Source of the DNA: Bryobacteraceae bacterium
GTDB lineage: Bacteria > Acidobacteriota > Terriglobia > Bryobacterales > Bryobacteraceae
DNA: 64,000 nt
Assembly (NCBI GenBank): GCA_050010415.1
Contig: JBEKLB010000018.1
Coordinates: 4,581 to 68,580 of the forward strand
Direction: 5' to 3'
The notes under the pieces were generated by a model. It was not told the origin of the DNA and made no database searches. It worked only from the letters and a program-made list of their open reading frames with translations. Shown here piece after piece: positions 27,936-35,874 of the stretch; positions within the stretch are counted from its first letter, which is position 1; every line of letters starts with the position of its first letter. The position numbers were made by a program, and so were the translations under genes.

Positions 27936-29531
27936 ATGCACCACCTCCCCCGGAATTTGCATGGCGACAACCGCGCGCGGCGTGTTGCAGCGTTGCTGCT
28001 TGTGGCTCTCGGCTTTGCAGTCACCAAGACCAGCGCCGCAGAACCTGAGGAAGCCGCGCACCACGTGACGGCCGTGCGGTTTTGGTCGCTGGGCGGCGTC
28101 ACGCGCATCGCAATCGAGACCGATGGCGATTTTCAGGTGAAATCGGACCGGTTGGACAATCCCGACCGCTTGTTTTTCGACTTAACCGGCACCCGGCCCA
28201 CGCTAGGGCGCAAGGGAATGACCACCATTCCGGTTTCGGATCATTTTCTAAAGCAGATTCGGGTGGCGGAGCCGCAGCGCAATATCACGCGCGTGGTGCT
28301 GGATCTGGAAACGTCCGTGGAACCGGCCATTTCGCGCCTGGACAATCCCACGCGGTTGATCATCGAGCTGCGGGCTCCTGGCAGCGGGCCTGAGACCACC
28401 AAAGCGCCAGTGAAATCGCCACCCACGCTGGTGGAACCGGTGAGTGCTCCCACCCCGACGCCGGGCCCAGCCGCGAAGCCAGTGGATCGCCGGCCATTTA
28501 CGCCTCCACCTGCGCAACCAGCGGCCGTTCCGGTCGTACAGGCACAAGAAACCAGGATTGAGACGCCGCCCGAGTTGCAGGTGAGGAGCACTCCTCCATC
28601 GGTTCCAGCATTGCTGGCCGTGAACCTTCGGCCTAGCCCAGTTTCGGCACGCGCGATGCCGCCGAATATTCTCGCCAAGCCCGCGCCTGCCTCCATTGCT
28701 CCGGCGATCGGCAACGTGGCTTCCGTAACATCGACCGCAATTTCCAGCACGCCGCCGGTTCCCGTGGAAACTGCTCTCCCCGCCAAACGCAATTCTTCTG
28801 GAGACCGGTCTATGATTCGCGTGCTGGGGCTGAAGGTGGGACGCATCGTGCTCGATCCAGGGCACGGAGGACATGACACAGGGAGTATGGGGCCGGAGGG
28901 ACTGCGCGAAAAGGATCTGGTTCTGGATGTCGCTCAGCGGCTGGGCCAGTTGATTCAAGATCGAATGGGCAGCGAAGTGATCTTCACCCGCTCCGACGAC
29001 ACGTTTATTCCCCTGGAGCGGCGCACCGAGATTGCCAATGAGGCGAAGGCGGACCTGTTTCTGTCGATTCACGCTAACTCGTCGCCGCTACGCAGCGCCG
29101 CCGGCGTGGAGACTTACTATCTGAACCTGACCACTTCACGGAGCGCGATGGACCTTGCTTCGCGAGAAAACTCGGGTTCTCAGATGACGGTGTACGAGCT
29201 GCAAGGCCTGCTCCAAAAGATTGCTCTGAAGGACAAGGTGGAAGAGTCGCGCGAATTTGCGAGCCGGGTGCAGACGGCGTTGTATAACCTGTCCGCAAAA
29301 ACAACCGATGCGCGGTCAAAAGATCGCGGGGTGAAGAAGGCGCCTTTTGTGGTGCTGATTGGCGCGTCTATGCCATCGGTGCTGGCGGAAATCGGATTCG
29401 TGAGCAACGCGCACGACGAAAGCATCATGCGTCGCGAAGAGTATCGCCAGAAGACGGCGGAGGCGTTGTACAAGGGGATCTCGAACTACGCGAACACGCT
29501 GAGCCATTTTCAGGTTGCGCAGCGGCATTAG
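27936..29531 (+). CDS. N-acetylmuramoyl-L-alanine amidase (AMIN domain + Pro-rich linker + Amidase_3)
   Basis: Signal peptide from ATG 27936. AMIN-like VTAVRFWSLGGVTRIAIETDG...LFFDL. Amidase_3 IVLDPGHGGHDTGS, LFLSIHANS and PSVLAEIGFVSN. Confidence 0.9.
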   Translation: MHHLPRNLHGDNRARRVAALLLVALGFAVTKTSAAEPEEAAHHVTAVRFWSLGGVTRIAIETDGDFQVKSDRLDNPDRLFFDLTGTRPTLGRKGMTTIPVSDHFLKQIRVAEPQRNITRVVLDLETSVEPAISRLDNPTRLIIELRAPGSGPETTKAPVKSPPTLVEPVSAPTPTPGPAAKPVDRRPFTPPPAQPAAVPVVQAQETRIETPPELQVRSTPPSVPALLAVNLRPSPVSARAMPPNILAKPAPASIAPAIGNVASVTSTAISSTPPVPVETALPAKRNSSGDRSMIRVLGLKVGRIVLDPGHGGHDTGSMGPEGLREKDLVLDVAQRLGQLIQDRMGSEVIFTRSDDTFIPLERRTEIANEAKADLFLSIHANSSPLRSAAGVETYYLNLTTSRSAMDLASRENSGSQMTVYELQGLLQKIALKDKVEESREFASRVQTALYNLSAKTTDARSKDRGVKKAPFVVLIGASMPSVLAEIGFVSNAHDESIMRREEYRQKTAEALYKGISNYANTLSHFQVAQRH

Positions 29532-29548
29532 AAAAACCGCTCAGCGAT

Positions 29549-30511
29549 TTAGGGAACGACGACCGTTTCGGTGGATGAGTTCACAGAGGCCGGTTCAGAC
29601 TGGTAAGTGAGAATCTCTACCCGGTTGCGGCCGGATTTTTTCGCAACGTACAGCGCCTCGTCCGCTTTGCGAATGAGGGCCTCCTCAGTCCAGGTTTCAC
29701 CCGGCATGGCGGTGGTAACGCCAAAGCTGGCCGTTATGCGCAGAGATTGATCGTTCACCGACATCTCCGCCTGGCCGAGCTGCTTGCGCAAGCGGTCAGC
29801 CTGCGCGTAACTATCGGTGGCGCAGCAGCCTGGGAACAGGATCAGAAACTCCTCGCCGCCATAACGGCCGATGGAATCATATTGGCGAATGCTATTTTGC
29901 ATGCGGCGGGCAGCCTCCCGAAGAACCGCGTCGCCTGCTAAGTGTCCGTAGGTATCGTTGACCTGCTTGAAGTGATCCAGATCGACGATCACAACTCCCA
30001 AGGGGCGGCATTCGCGCTGCGCACGGGCCAATTCGCGGCCCAGTTCGGTCAGGATGGAGCTGCGGTTCCACAGACGAGTGAGCGAATCGCGGGTGGCCTG
30101 GTCGCGAAGATCTTCCCGGGCTTTGAGCAACTGGCTTTGCAGATCCACCAACCGGGTACCGGCGCGCAGGCGCACCTGGAGTTCGTTTTGATCGAACGGT
30201 TTGGTGATGTAATCGTCGGCGCCGGCGTCCATGCCCTCAATCAAGTCTTCCTTTTGACTCTTGGAAGTGAGCAGCAGGATATAAGTGTAAGGCTCGCTGT
30301 CGCGCTCCCGAATGCGGCGGCAAACTTCCACGCCGGTCATGCCGGGCATCATCCAGTCCAGGATGATGAGAGACGGAGCATCTTCACGCTGCAAGAGTTC
30401 CAGGGCTTCGGCACCGTCACAAGCTACCATCACCTCGTATCCCCACTTGCGCAACGTGGCTTCGAGCAAATGCCGGGAGACTATGCTGTCGTCTGCGATT
30501 AGAATCTTCAC
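29549..30511 (-). CDS. Response regulator-diguanylate cyclase (REC-GGDEF)
   Basis: Receiver KILIADDS...LIILDWMMPGM. Active site RYGGEEFLILF, with an RxxD I-site (RQYD) five residues upstream. Confidence 0.92.
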   Translation of the reverse strand: MKILIADDSIVSRHLLEATLRKWGYEVMVACDGAEALELLQREDAPSLIILDWMMPGMTGVEVCRRIRERDSEPYTYILLLTSKSQKEDLIEGMDAGADDYITKPFDQNELQVRLRAGTRLVDLQSQLLKAREDLRDQATRDSLTRLWNRSSILTELGRELARAQRECRPLGVVIVDLDHFKQVNDTYGHLAGDAVLREAARRMQNSIRQYDSIGRYGGEEFLILFPGCCATDSYAQADRLRKQLGQAEMSVNDQSLRITASFGVTTAMPGETWTEEALIRKADEALYVAKKSGRNRVEILTYQSEPASVNSSTETVVVP

Positions 30512-30696
30512 CGAATTCTCGCGAACCTGCCTGCCGTTACTTCAGGTAGTTTGAACCTAATGTCCTCATCGGCCAGGAATGGGCCTAACGTTAGCCATTA
30601 GACGCAGTTAGGAGAATCTCGTCGCTGGCTACGGGAAGACCGCAGCCGGTGCGGGGTGAAAGACCTTAGTACCATCGTCGGGCCCGCGCGACTTCC

Positions 30697-30800
30697 TTAG
30701 CAGGTTACTGAAAAAGCCCTCCACATCCGGGAACCGCAGGCGTGGGCGCCTACGCTACACGGGTCGTCAGGTGTGCCGGGCTTTTGCAGCAACCTGTTAG
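30697..30800. mobile_element. MITE-like palindromic element, copy 1 (96-bp core flanked by TTAG direct repeats)
   Basis: Terminal inverted repeats CAGGTTACTGAAAAAGCCC / GGGCTTTTGCAGCAACCTG pair at 17 of 19 positions. TTAG is found at 30697-30700 and at 30797-30800. The long arm is near-identical to the reverse complement of 59327-59390. Confidence 0.7.
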
Positions 30801-31102
30801 TCTCGGCCACCCGAAGCCTGGCGAATAGCCTGCTCCAATTGGTCCTTGGAAAAGTTCGTACTAATGAAAAGCTCCTGCCTGGCGCCGGCACTCAGCGCGA
30901 TGGCTTTCCATCCGTTGGTAGTGGGCACCGTGACACGGATCCTGACCTGGCCTTTGGCATCCCGTACGGGACGGATCACTCCAGGAATGATGGAGCGAAT
31001 CGCGGCTGGATTATCCCCGAGCAGGCGCTCCAGAACGGTCCGCAAGCCATCCAGAATGCTGTGTTCCACCTTGAGCTTTCCCTGGACTTTTCGGAGCCGC
31101 AT
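30797..31102 (-). CDS. Small conserved-looking hypothetical protein downstream of tamB
   Basis: 101-aa ORF starting 6 nt after the tamB stop (MRLRKVQGKLKVEHSILDGL...). I cannot name a family. Its TAA stop lies in the element's flanking TTAG. Confidence 0.5.
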   Translation of the reverse strand: MRLRKVQGKLKVEHSILDGLRTVLERLLGDNPAAIRSIIPGVIRPVRDAKGQVRIRVTVPTTNGWKAIALSAGARQELFISTNFSKDQLEQAIRQASGGRD

Positions 31103-31108
31103 AGCAGC

Positions 31109-34100
31109 TTACTTAAACCGCTTGCGATATTGAATATCGATGCTGAAAGCACCGTTCTCATCGCGCAGCGCCACGGCCGACCATTTACGGCTGAAATCCC
31201 ACTCCACGCGAACGATCTGCTGGTTGGCTACCGCAAGATTGGTGATGTAGGTGAGCGTGACGTCGGAGGAAACCTGCTGCTCCATGGTGAGACGAGCCTG
31301 CGGAACGATGGTGACGTCGGTGAGCTGCGGATCGATCTTGATGTGGCTGACGCCAAAAAATTTCTGCAAGCGCCCGGAGTTAGGGGCAATGGCTTCAGAG
31401 AGCAGCGAATTGCTTCCGTCGCCCAGACCCAAATAGCTGTTGTTTACATTGGTGGACGCCTGAGCGCTGGCGAGCGGCCCGGAGGTGGAGGGAGCGCGCC
31501 CCACTGCCAGCAAGGCGACGATGTCGGAGGCTTCGAGCGGCGGATCGGACCGATAAGAGAAATTCAACTTGTTCAAGGACCCTGAGAAGCTGATGTTCAC
31601 GGTGATGCCGCGCACTTGCGTGGACAGGTCCATGTTGATTACAGGCTCGATCCTGGCGGTGTTGTTGAAGCTCACTTCGCCGCGATTGATGCTGTACTTG
31701 TTGCCGAAGAACTCGATCTGACCCGAGTTAACGGTGATATGTCCCAGCAGGATGGGACGATCGGGAGTACCGCGGACGCGCAGGTCCGCATCGGCCTGGA
31801 TATTCCTTGTGAGCGAAGTTTCCACTTCGAGCGTGCGTTGAGTCAACACGCGCACATCCAGTTGGAGCCCTTGCAGGTACTGGTTGGGGTTGGAGGCCAC
31901 CGGGGTAGTGGTGGTTGCGAGCAAAGCACCCACGTCGGTGCGGGGATTGAAAGCCGCGCGCGTTACAAAGACCGAGCCCGACAAAACGCTGCTATCGGAA
32001 GTGCCCACCAGAGCGAGCGAGCCGTCCGCAGTGACGCTGACGCCTTCCGGGGAACGGTAGCGCACATTGCGCGCCGTGGCCTGCAGGCGATAAACCAGAG
32101 CGGCTCCCCGGAAACCCAGGAAGCTGCCGCTTTCGAACGAAATGTCGCCGCCTCCGCTCTTGCCGCTCAAATTCTGGATGGTCGCGCGGTTGCGATCGAA
32201 GAGGATCAGGCCGTTCGCGTCGTCTACGCCGTTCGGAACGTCGCGCAGAAATAAGGACGCGTTCCGCAATTCAAGCCGTCCCTGGACTTGCGGTTCCATG
32301 AGTGGTCCGCGGATGGAGACGTTCAGGGTGGAAGCGCCCGTGCCGAGCAGGTCTGGATTGAAGAGTTGAAGAATCGAGAAATTAATCTTTCCCTGAACGG
32401 TCAGATCCCACGGATTCTTCGAGTTCAGGGTCAGGCGGCCGGTGGCGTCGAGCGTGGTGTCCTTGGCGATGAAGCTGGCATGTCCGAAATCGATGGAGCC
32501 AGTGGTTGCAACCAGATGAACGGGCTGAGCATTCCGCAGAACCAGGTCTTGCAGCGGAACGCCGCCCGCCGGGTGCGCGCTGGGGCTGGCGTTGAGCTGT
32601 ACGGTGGAGAGCGTCACATCGGCCTTCATCGACGAGGGTTGATTGAGCGGACCGGAGATAACGGCCTGGCCTTCGATGAAACCATCGAAAGGAAGCTCTT
32701 TGCGCAGATGCCTTCCGGGAGTAAGATCGTGCAGCGCGGCAATCGAGATGCGGGGGATGGGAACGCGCGCCTGGCCTTGATAATCGCCTTCCATGCGCCA
32801 TTCACCGCTCCCACGGATCTGAACGTCGTCGAAGTTAGCCGTCGCGGAAAGATTGAGGAGCGGCAGCCGGGTGGCGGCGATAACGGTGAGGTTGCCGTAG
32901 GAACGCCCATCGTAGGCCGCGTTGCGAACTGTGAGTTCGCCATTGAGCGACGTCAAATCCACGACGCCATTTACGATTTTGGCGCCTCCATTGGCCTTCA
33001 AATCCAACCGTCCGGCGAGGCCGGTTTCGAAATCCTGCAGGTGCTTGATGGTCGCGAGATCGACGCCCGTGGTGGCCACGTCGAAGCGCAGCGAACCATC
33101 CTTCCAATCATTGGCTGGATGATTGTAATCGCCGGACAAGCTGATGCGTCCCGCCCCAGCGCGGCCTTGGTCAGGGAAGATTGCTTCGCCGTGCGAGAGT
33201 TCGAGCGCGGTGGAGGTAAAGGTGACGTCGGCCCGAGCTTGCGGAAAGTGTTCGTCGAAGGCGGTGAGATTGTCTAGCGTCACCGAGCCCGCAACCAGCG
33301 GTGATTCGAGCGAACCAGATACGCGAATCGCCGCGGATACCGACCCAGTGGCCGGCGGGGCCTTCCAGCCAGCTTCGGCAGCCAACGCCTGAATGTCCGC
33401 GTTGTGCAGGGCCAGTGTGGCTGAAACGGGACTTCCGCCTTCCAGTTTCCACTCCCGCAATCCTGCCCGTGCGCTTCCTTCCACTCGCATTTTGCCCTGC
33501 TCCACCGTGATAGCTTGGAGCACCGCGCTGTTTCGATCGGCTGTGAAGGTGGAGCTGACACGATCCAGTTGCTGGCCGTCCAGCTTGAGTTTCCCGGCAT
33601 CCGCTTTGCCGGAGATTTTCGGATTCGAGAGATCTCCTTGAATGGTTGCATCCACGCGAGCTTCGCTCCCCTGCAGTTCCACCGGCCACCGGGTGGGCGG
33701 CGAAGCGCCGAGCGCGCGCAGGACGGGAAGGGCATCGTTCAGGTTCCTGGAGACTACATGCACTGCCAGATTTTCTCCCGGCGTACCCATTACCGAAGCG
33801 TGCGTGGAACCGACATCCAGCTGCGAGTTGCCGAGTTGCAGCCGGCCTGAGCGCTGGTCGTAATTGATAGCGACCGAACCGGCCACCGGCACGCCGCCCG
33901 AGCCCGGCGTCAAACTCAGCATGGCGCTGGCGCTGATTCCCGCGAGCCCGGAACCGGTATATTGCCCGGCTAATTGCACGCCCCCGCTCAGCGTTCCATT
34001 GAGGGACCCGGTCTGGCGCGCGGCCAGGCGGCCGACTTCCGCGATAGTCACTCCTCCGATTTCGCCCTGGACGCTCACCCGCTTGAGATCGGACATTTGC

Positions 34101-35146
34101 GCCGTGCCACGGAAGGTTCCGTCGGGAGAGGAAACATTGAGACCGGTGAGGTTGATCTGGTCGGGAGTGAAATCGGCGAAGGAACTGATTGCCACATTCT
34201 GGATGGCGACGCCTTGATAGACGTAGCCGAGGGAGCGCCCGGTGAGCTTCCCGATAAAACGATCGGTAGACGATCCACCCGACGTGACATGGCCCTGGAG
34301 CCACAGGTCGCCCACCGGCGAGAGCGGAGTCTGTATCAATTTACTTACGTCGCGAATGGGGAGCGCGGCGGTTACCTCAAAGTCCTCACGCGGAGAATAA
34401 AGATTGATGATGTTTCCCTTGCTCTCGATTTTCATTCCGCCGGACTTCAGGTTCATGCGCAGCACTTGAATGGTGTTCCTGCCGAGCGCCACCTGGGAGT
34501 CTAAGGCGAACTCCGCCGGAGCGCGCAACTTGGGTGAGGAGATTCGCATGAGCGCGGAAGAAACGTCGCAGAGATAGCGCGGCCCGGCGGTTTCGTAGAC
34601 CAGCGACATCTCCAGATTCTCGCCGCTCGAATCCATGGGAACGCGCCAGGAATTGTAGTTCAGCGTGCCGTCATGGATTTCGATATGCTGCACGCGCAGG
34701 TCGATCAGATCTTCGACCACGTTTTGGTCAAAGCGGGGAATCTTGGGCCTGGGGATATTCGTGGATCCGTCCGGATCGATGGTGAGGTTGACGCGCGGGC
34801 TGTCGAGGATGAGGGAAGCGATGTCGACCTTCTTCTCGAGAACCGAAATGATTCGCAGCCCAATCTTGACTTTCTCCGCGCGGAACAGGGGCGGCGCGGA
34901 GGCTGGTTCGGTGCCGCGCAGGACGAAAGGTTGAACTTCGGCGGTAAGATCTCGCCAGTTGTAATTGAAGCTGCCGATCTCAACGCGGCCGCCGGTGGCG
35001 CGCTCGGTCACCGATTCGATACGCAGCCGGACCTGGTTCTTGAACCACGCGGTCTGGACCAGCAGCACTCCGGCAACCAGCAGAACGATCGCCAGGCCCG
35101 CCAATCCAAGAAAACTGAACGCGGCAATTTTTGCGGCTTTCCTCAT
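31109..35146 (-). CDS. tamB: Translocation and assembly module protein TamB-like (AsmA/DUF490 type)
   Basis: About 1345 aa. It has an N-terminal signal anchor MRKAAKIAAFSFLGLAGLAIVLLVAGVLL, a long beta-rich body, and a TamB-type C-terminal end ...VEWDFSRKWSAVALRDENGAFSIDIQYRKRFK. ATG 35146 forms an ATGA overlap with the upstream stop. Confidence 0.85.
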   Translation of the reverse strand: MRKAAKIAAFSFLGLAGLAIVLLVAGVLLVQTAWFKNQVRLRIESVTERATGGRVEIGSFNYNWRDLTAEVQPFVLRGTEPASAPPLFRAEKVKIGLRIISVLEKKVDIASLILDSPRVNLTIDPDGSTNIPRPKIPRFDQNVVEDLIDLRVQHIEIHDGTLNYNSWRVPMDSSGENLEMSLVYETAGPRYLCDVSSALMRISSPKLRAPAEFALDSQVALGRNTIQVLRMNLKSGGMKIESKGNIINLYSPREDFEVTAALPIRDVSKLIQTPLSPVGDLWLQGHVTSGGSSTDRFIGKLTGRSLGYVYQGVAIQNVAISSFADFTPDQINLTGLNVSSPDGTFRGTAQMSDLKRVSVQGEIGGVTIAEVGRLAARQTGSLNGTLSGGVQLAGQYTGSGLAGISASAMLSLTPGSGGVPVAGSVAINYDQRSGRLQLGNSQLDVGSTHASVMGTPGENLAVHVVSRNLNDALPVLRALGASPPTRWPVELQGSEARVDATIQGDLSNPKISGKADAGKLKLDGQQLDRVSSTFTADRNSAVLQAITVEQGKMRVEGSARAGLREWKLEGGSPVSATLALHNADIQALAAEAGWKAPPATGSVSAAIRVSGSLESPLVAGSVTLDNLTAFDEHFPQARADVTFTSTALELSHGEAIFPDQGRAGAGRISLSGDYNHPANDWKDGSLRFDVATTGVDLATIKHLQDFETGLAGRLDLKANGGAKIVNGVVDLTSLNGELTVRNAAYDGRSYGNLTVIAATRLPLLNLSATANFDDVQIRGSGEWRMEGDYQGQARVPIPRISIAALHDLTPGRHLRKELPFDGFIEGQAVISGPLNQPSSMKADVTLSTVQLNASPSAHPAGGVPLQDLVLRNAQPVHLVATTGSIDFGHASFIAKDTTLDATGRLTLNSKNPWDLTVQGKINFSILQLFNPDLLGTGASTLNVSIRGPLMEPQVQGRLELRNASLFLRDVPNGVDDANGLILFDRNRATIQNLSGKSGGGDISFESGSFLGFRGAALVYRLQATARNVRYRSPEGVSVTADGSLALVGTSDSSVLSGSVFVTRAAFNPRTDVGALLATTTTPVASNPNQYLQGLQLDVRVLTQRTLEVETSLTRNIQADADLRVRGTPDRPILLGHITVNSGQIEFFGNKYSINRGEVSFNNTARIEPVINMDLSTQVRGITVNISFSGSLNKLNFSYRSDPPLEASDIVALLAVGRAPSTSGPLASAQASTNVNNSYLGLGDGSNSLLSEAIAPNSGRLQKFFGVSHIKIDPQLTDVTIVPQARLTMEQQVSSDVTLTYITNLAVANQQIVRVEWDFSRKWSAVALRDENGAFSIDIQYRKRFK

Positions 35147-35874
35147 TCGAGCCCCGGGTCGAGGTAATGAATTGTGACCTGTTTCCGCGTATCGTTCATC
35201 CACTGTTCCAAGGCCTGGTCGATGCGTTGCTGCGTGAGGATTTCCTCAATCTGGTCGCGAGATTCATCCAGGGTGGGGATCGGCTTGGTTCCTTTTTGTT
35301 CCCATTCCGATACTTGCCGCCGATAATATGCTTGCACATCCGCGGTCGGGATCTGGATGCCGGGCCGGAAGCGGTAATCGATAAAACGCAAGAGCGTCAA
35401 CTGCCACCACAAACGGAGGGTCAGCTCGTCGGCCGTAATTCCGGAGGCCTGCAGCGCATTCTGAAATTCGCTTTCGGTCGAATATGTGGCCTTCAGGGCT
35501 TCGAGCGATTCGCCGGCATCGCTAAGTTCGGGCAACGGATAATGACTAATATCCATTTCACGTTTGATCAAGGCCTGTTCCACCAACCTGGCGGCCGCCT
35601 GTTTCCTGGCATCGGCGCTCAAATCGACCTTTTCGCGATTCAGGAAAGCGGTGACGCGAATCTCGTCATCGATTTGGGATTGGGTGATGACCTGGTTGGC
35701 GACAGTGATGACGATCTTGTCGATGATCTCCGAGAAAACGGCGGAGGGGGACAGGAATTGGAGGAATAAGAGGAATACGGGGAATACGGGGAATACACGG
35801 AATACGAGGAATACACGGAATACCCGGAATACTGCTACCGAGCCACGACCGTGAGGGAGCGGCTTGAGCGCCAT
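35143..35874 (-). CDS. SurA N-terminal-domain-like periplasmic chaperone
   Basis: VANQVITQSQIDDEIRVTAFLNREKVDLSADARKQAAARLVEQALIKREM resembles the SurA_N chaperone module, and there is no PPIase domain. ATG 35874 shares one base with the bamA stop. The N-terminus is encoded by a 9-bp tandem repeat. Confidence 0.65.
   Translation of the reverse strand: MALKPLPHGRGSVAVFRVFRVFLVFRVFPVFPVFLLFLQFLSPSAVFSEIIDKIVITVANQVITQSQIDDEIRVTAFLNREKVDLSADARKQAAARLVEQALIKREMDISHYPLPELSDAGESLEALKATYSTESEFQNALQASGITADELTLRLWWQLTLLRFIDYRFRPGIQIPTADVQAYYRRQVSEWEQKGTKPIPTLDESRDQIEEILTQQRIDQALEQWMNDTRKQVTIHYLDPGLE
35752..35832. repeat. 9-bp tandem repeat x9 (NNGGAATAC on the plus strand), coding
   Basis: Read directly: caggaattg gaggaataa gaggaatac ggggaatac ggggaatac acggaatac gaggaatac acggaatac ccggaatac. 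On the minus strand it encodes VFR VFR VFL VFR VFP VFP VFL LFL QFL. Confidence 0.95.

Noticed and set aside
27180-29072. Long minus-strand ORFs (27180..28064, 28241..28879, 28248..29072) opposite the SLT and amidase genes
   Set aside because: They are shadow frames, Arg/Pro/Ser-rich. The plus-strand genes carry catalytic motifs.
29935-29942. CCTGCTAA, the reverse complement of the element terminus TTAGCAGG, inside the diguanylate cyclase gene
   Set aside because: It is an isolated 8-mer with no adjoining GAAAAAGCC or inverted repeat. That is expected by chance in 64 kb.
33171-34304. 377-aa alternative-frame ORF inside tamB
   Set aside because: It is on the same strand but out of frame with the 1345-aa TamB reading frame, and its composition is Arg-rich.
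35752-35832. Tandem repeats (also at 12211-12242 and 15976-16017) considered as CRISPR arrays
   Set aside because: The units are contiguous with no spacers, are very short (9-21 bp), and one set is coding. No cas genes are present in the window.
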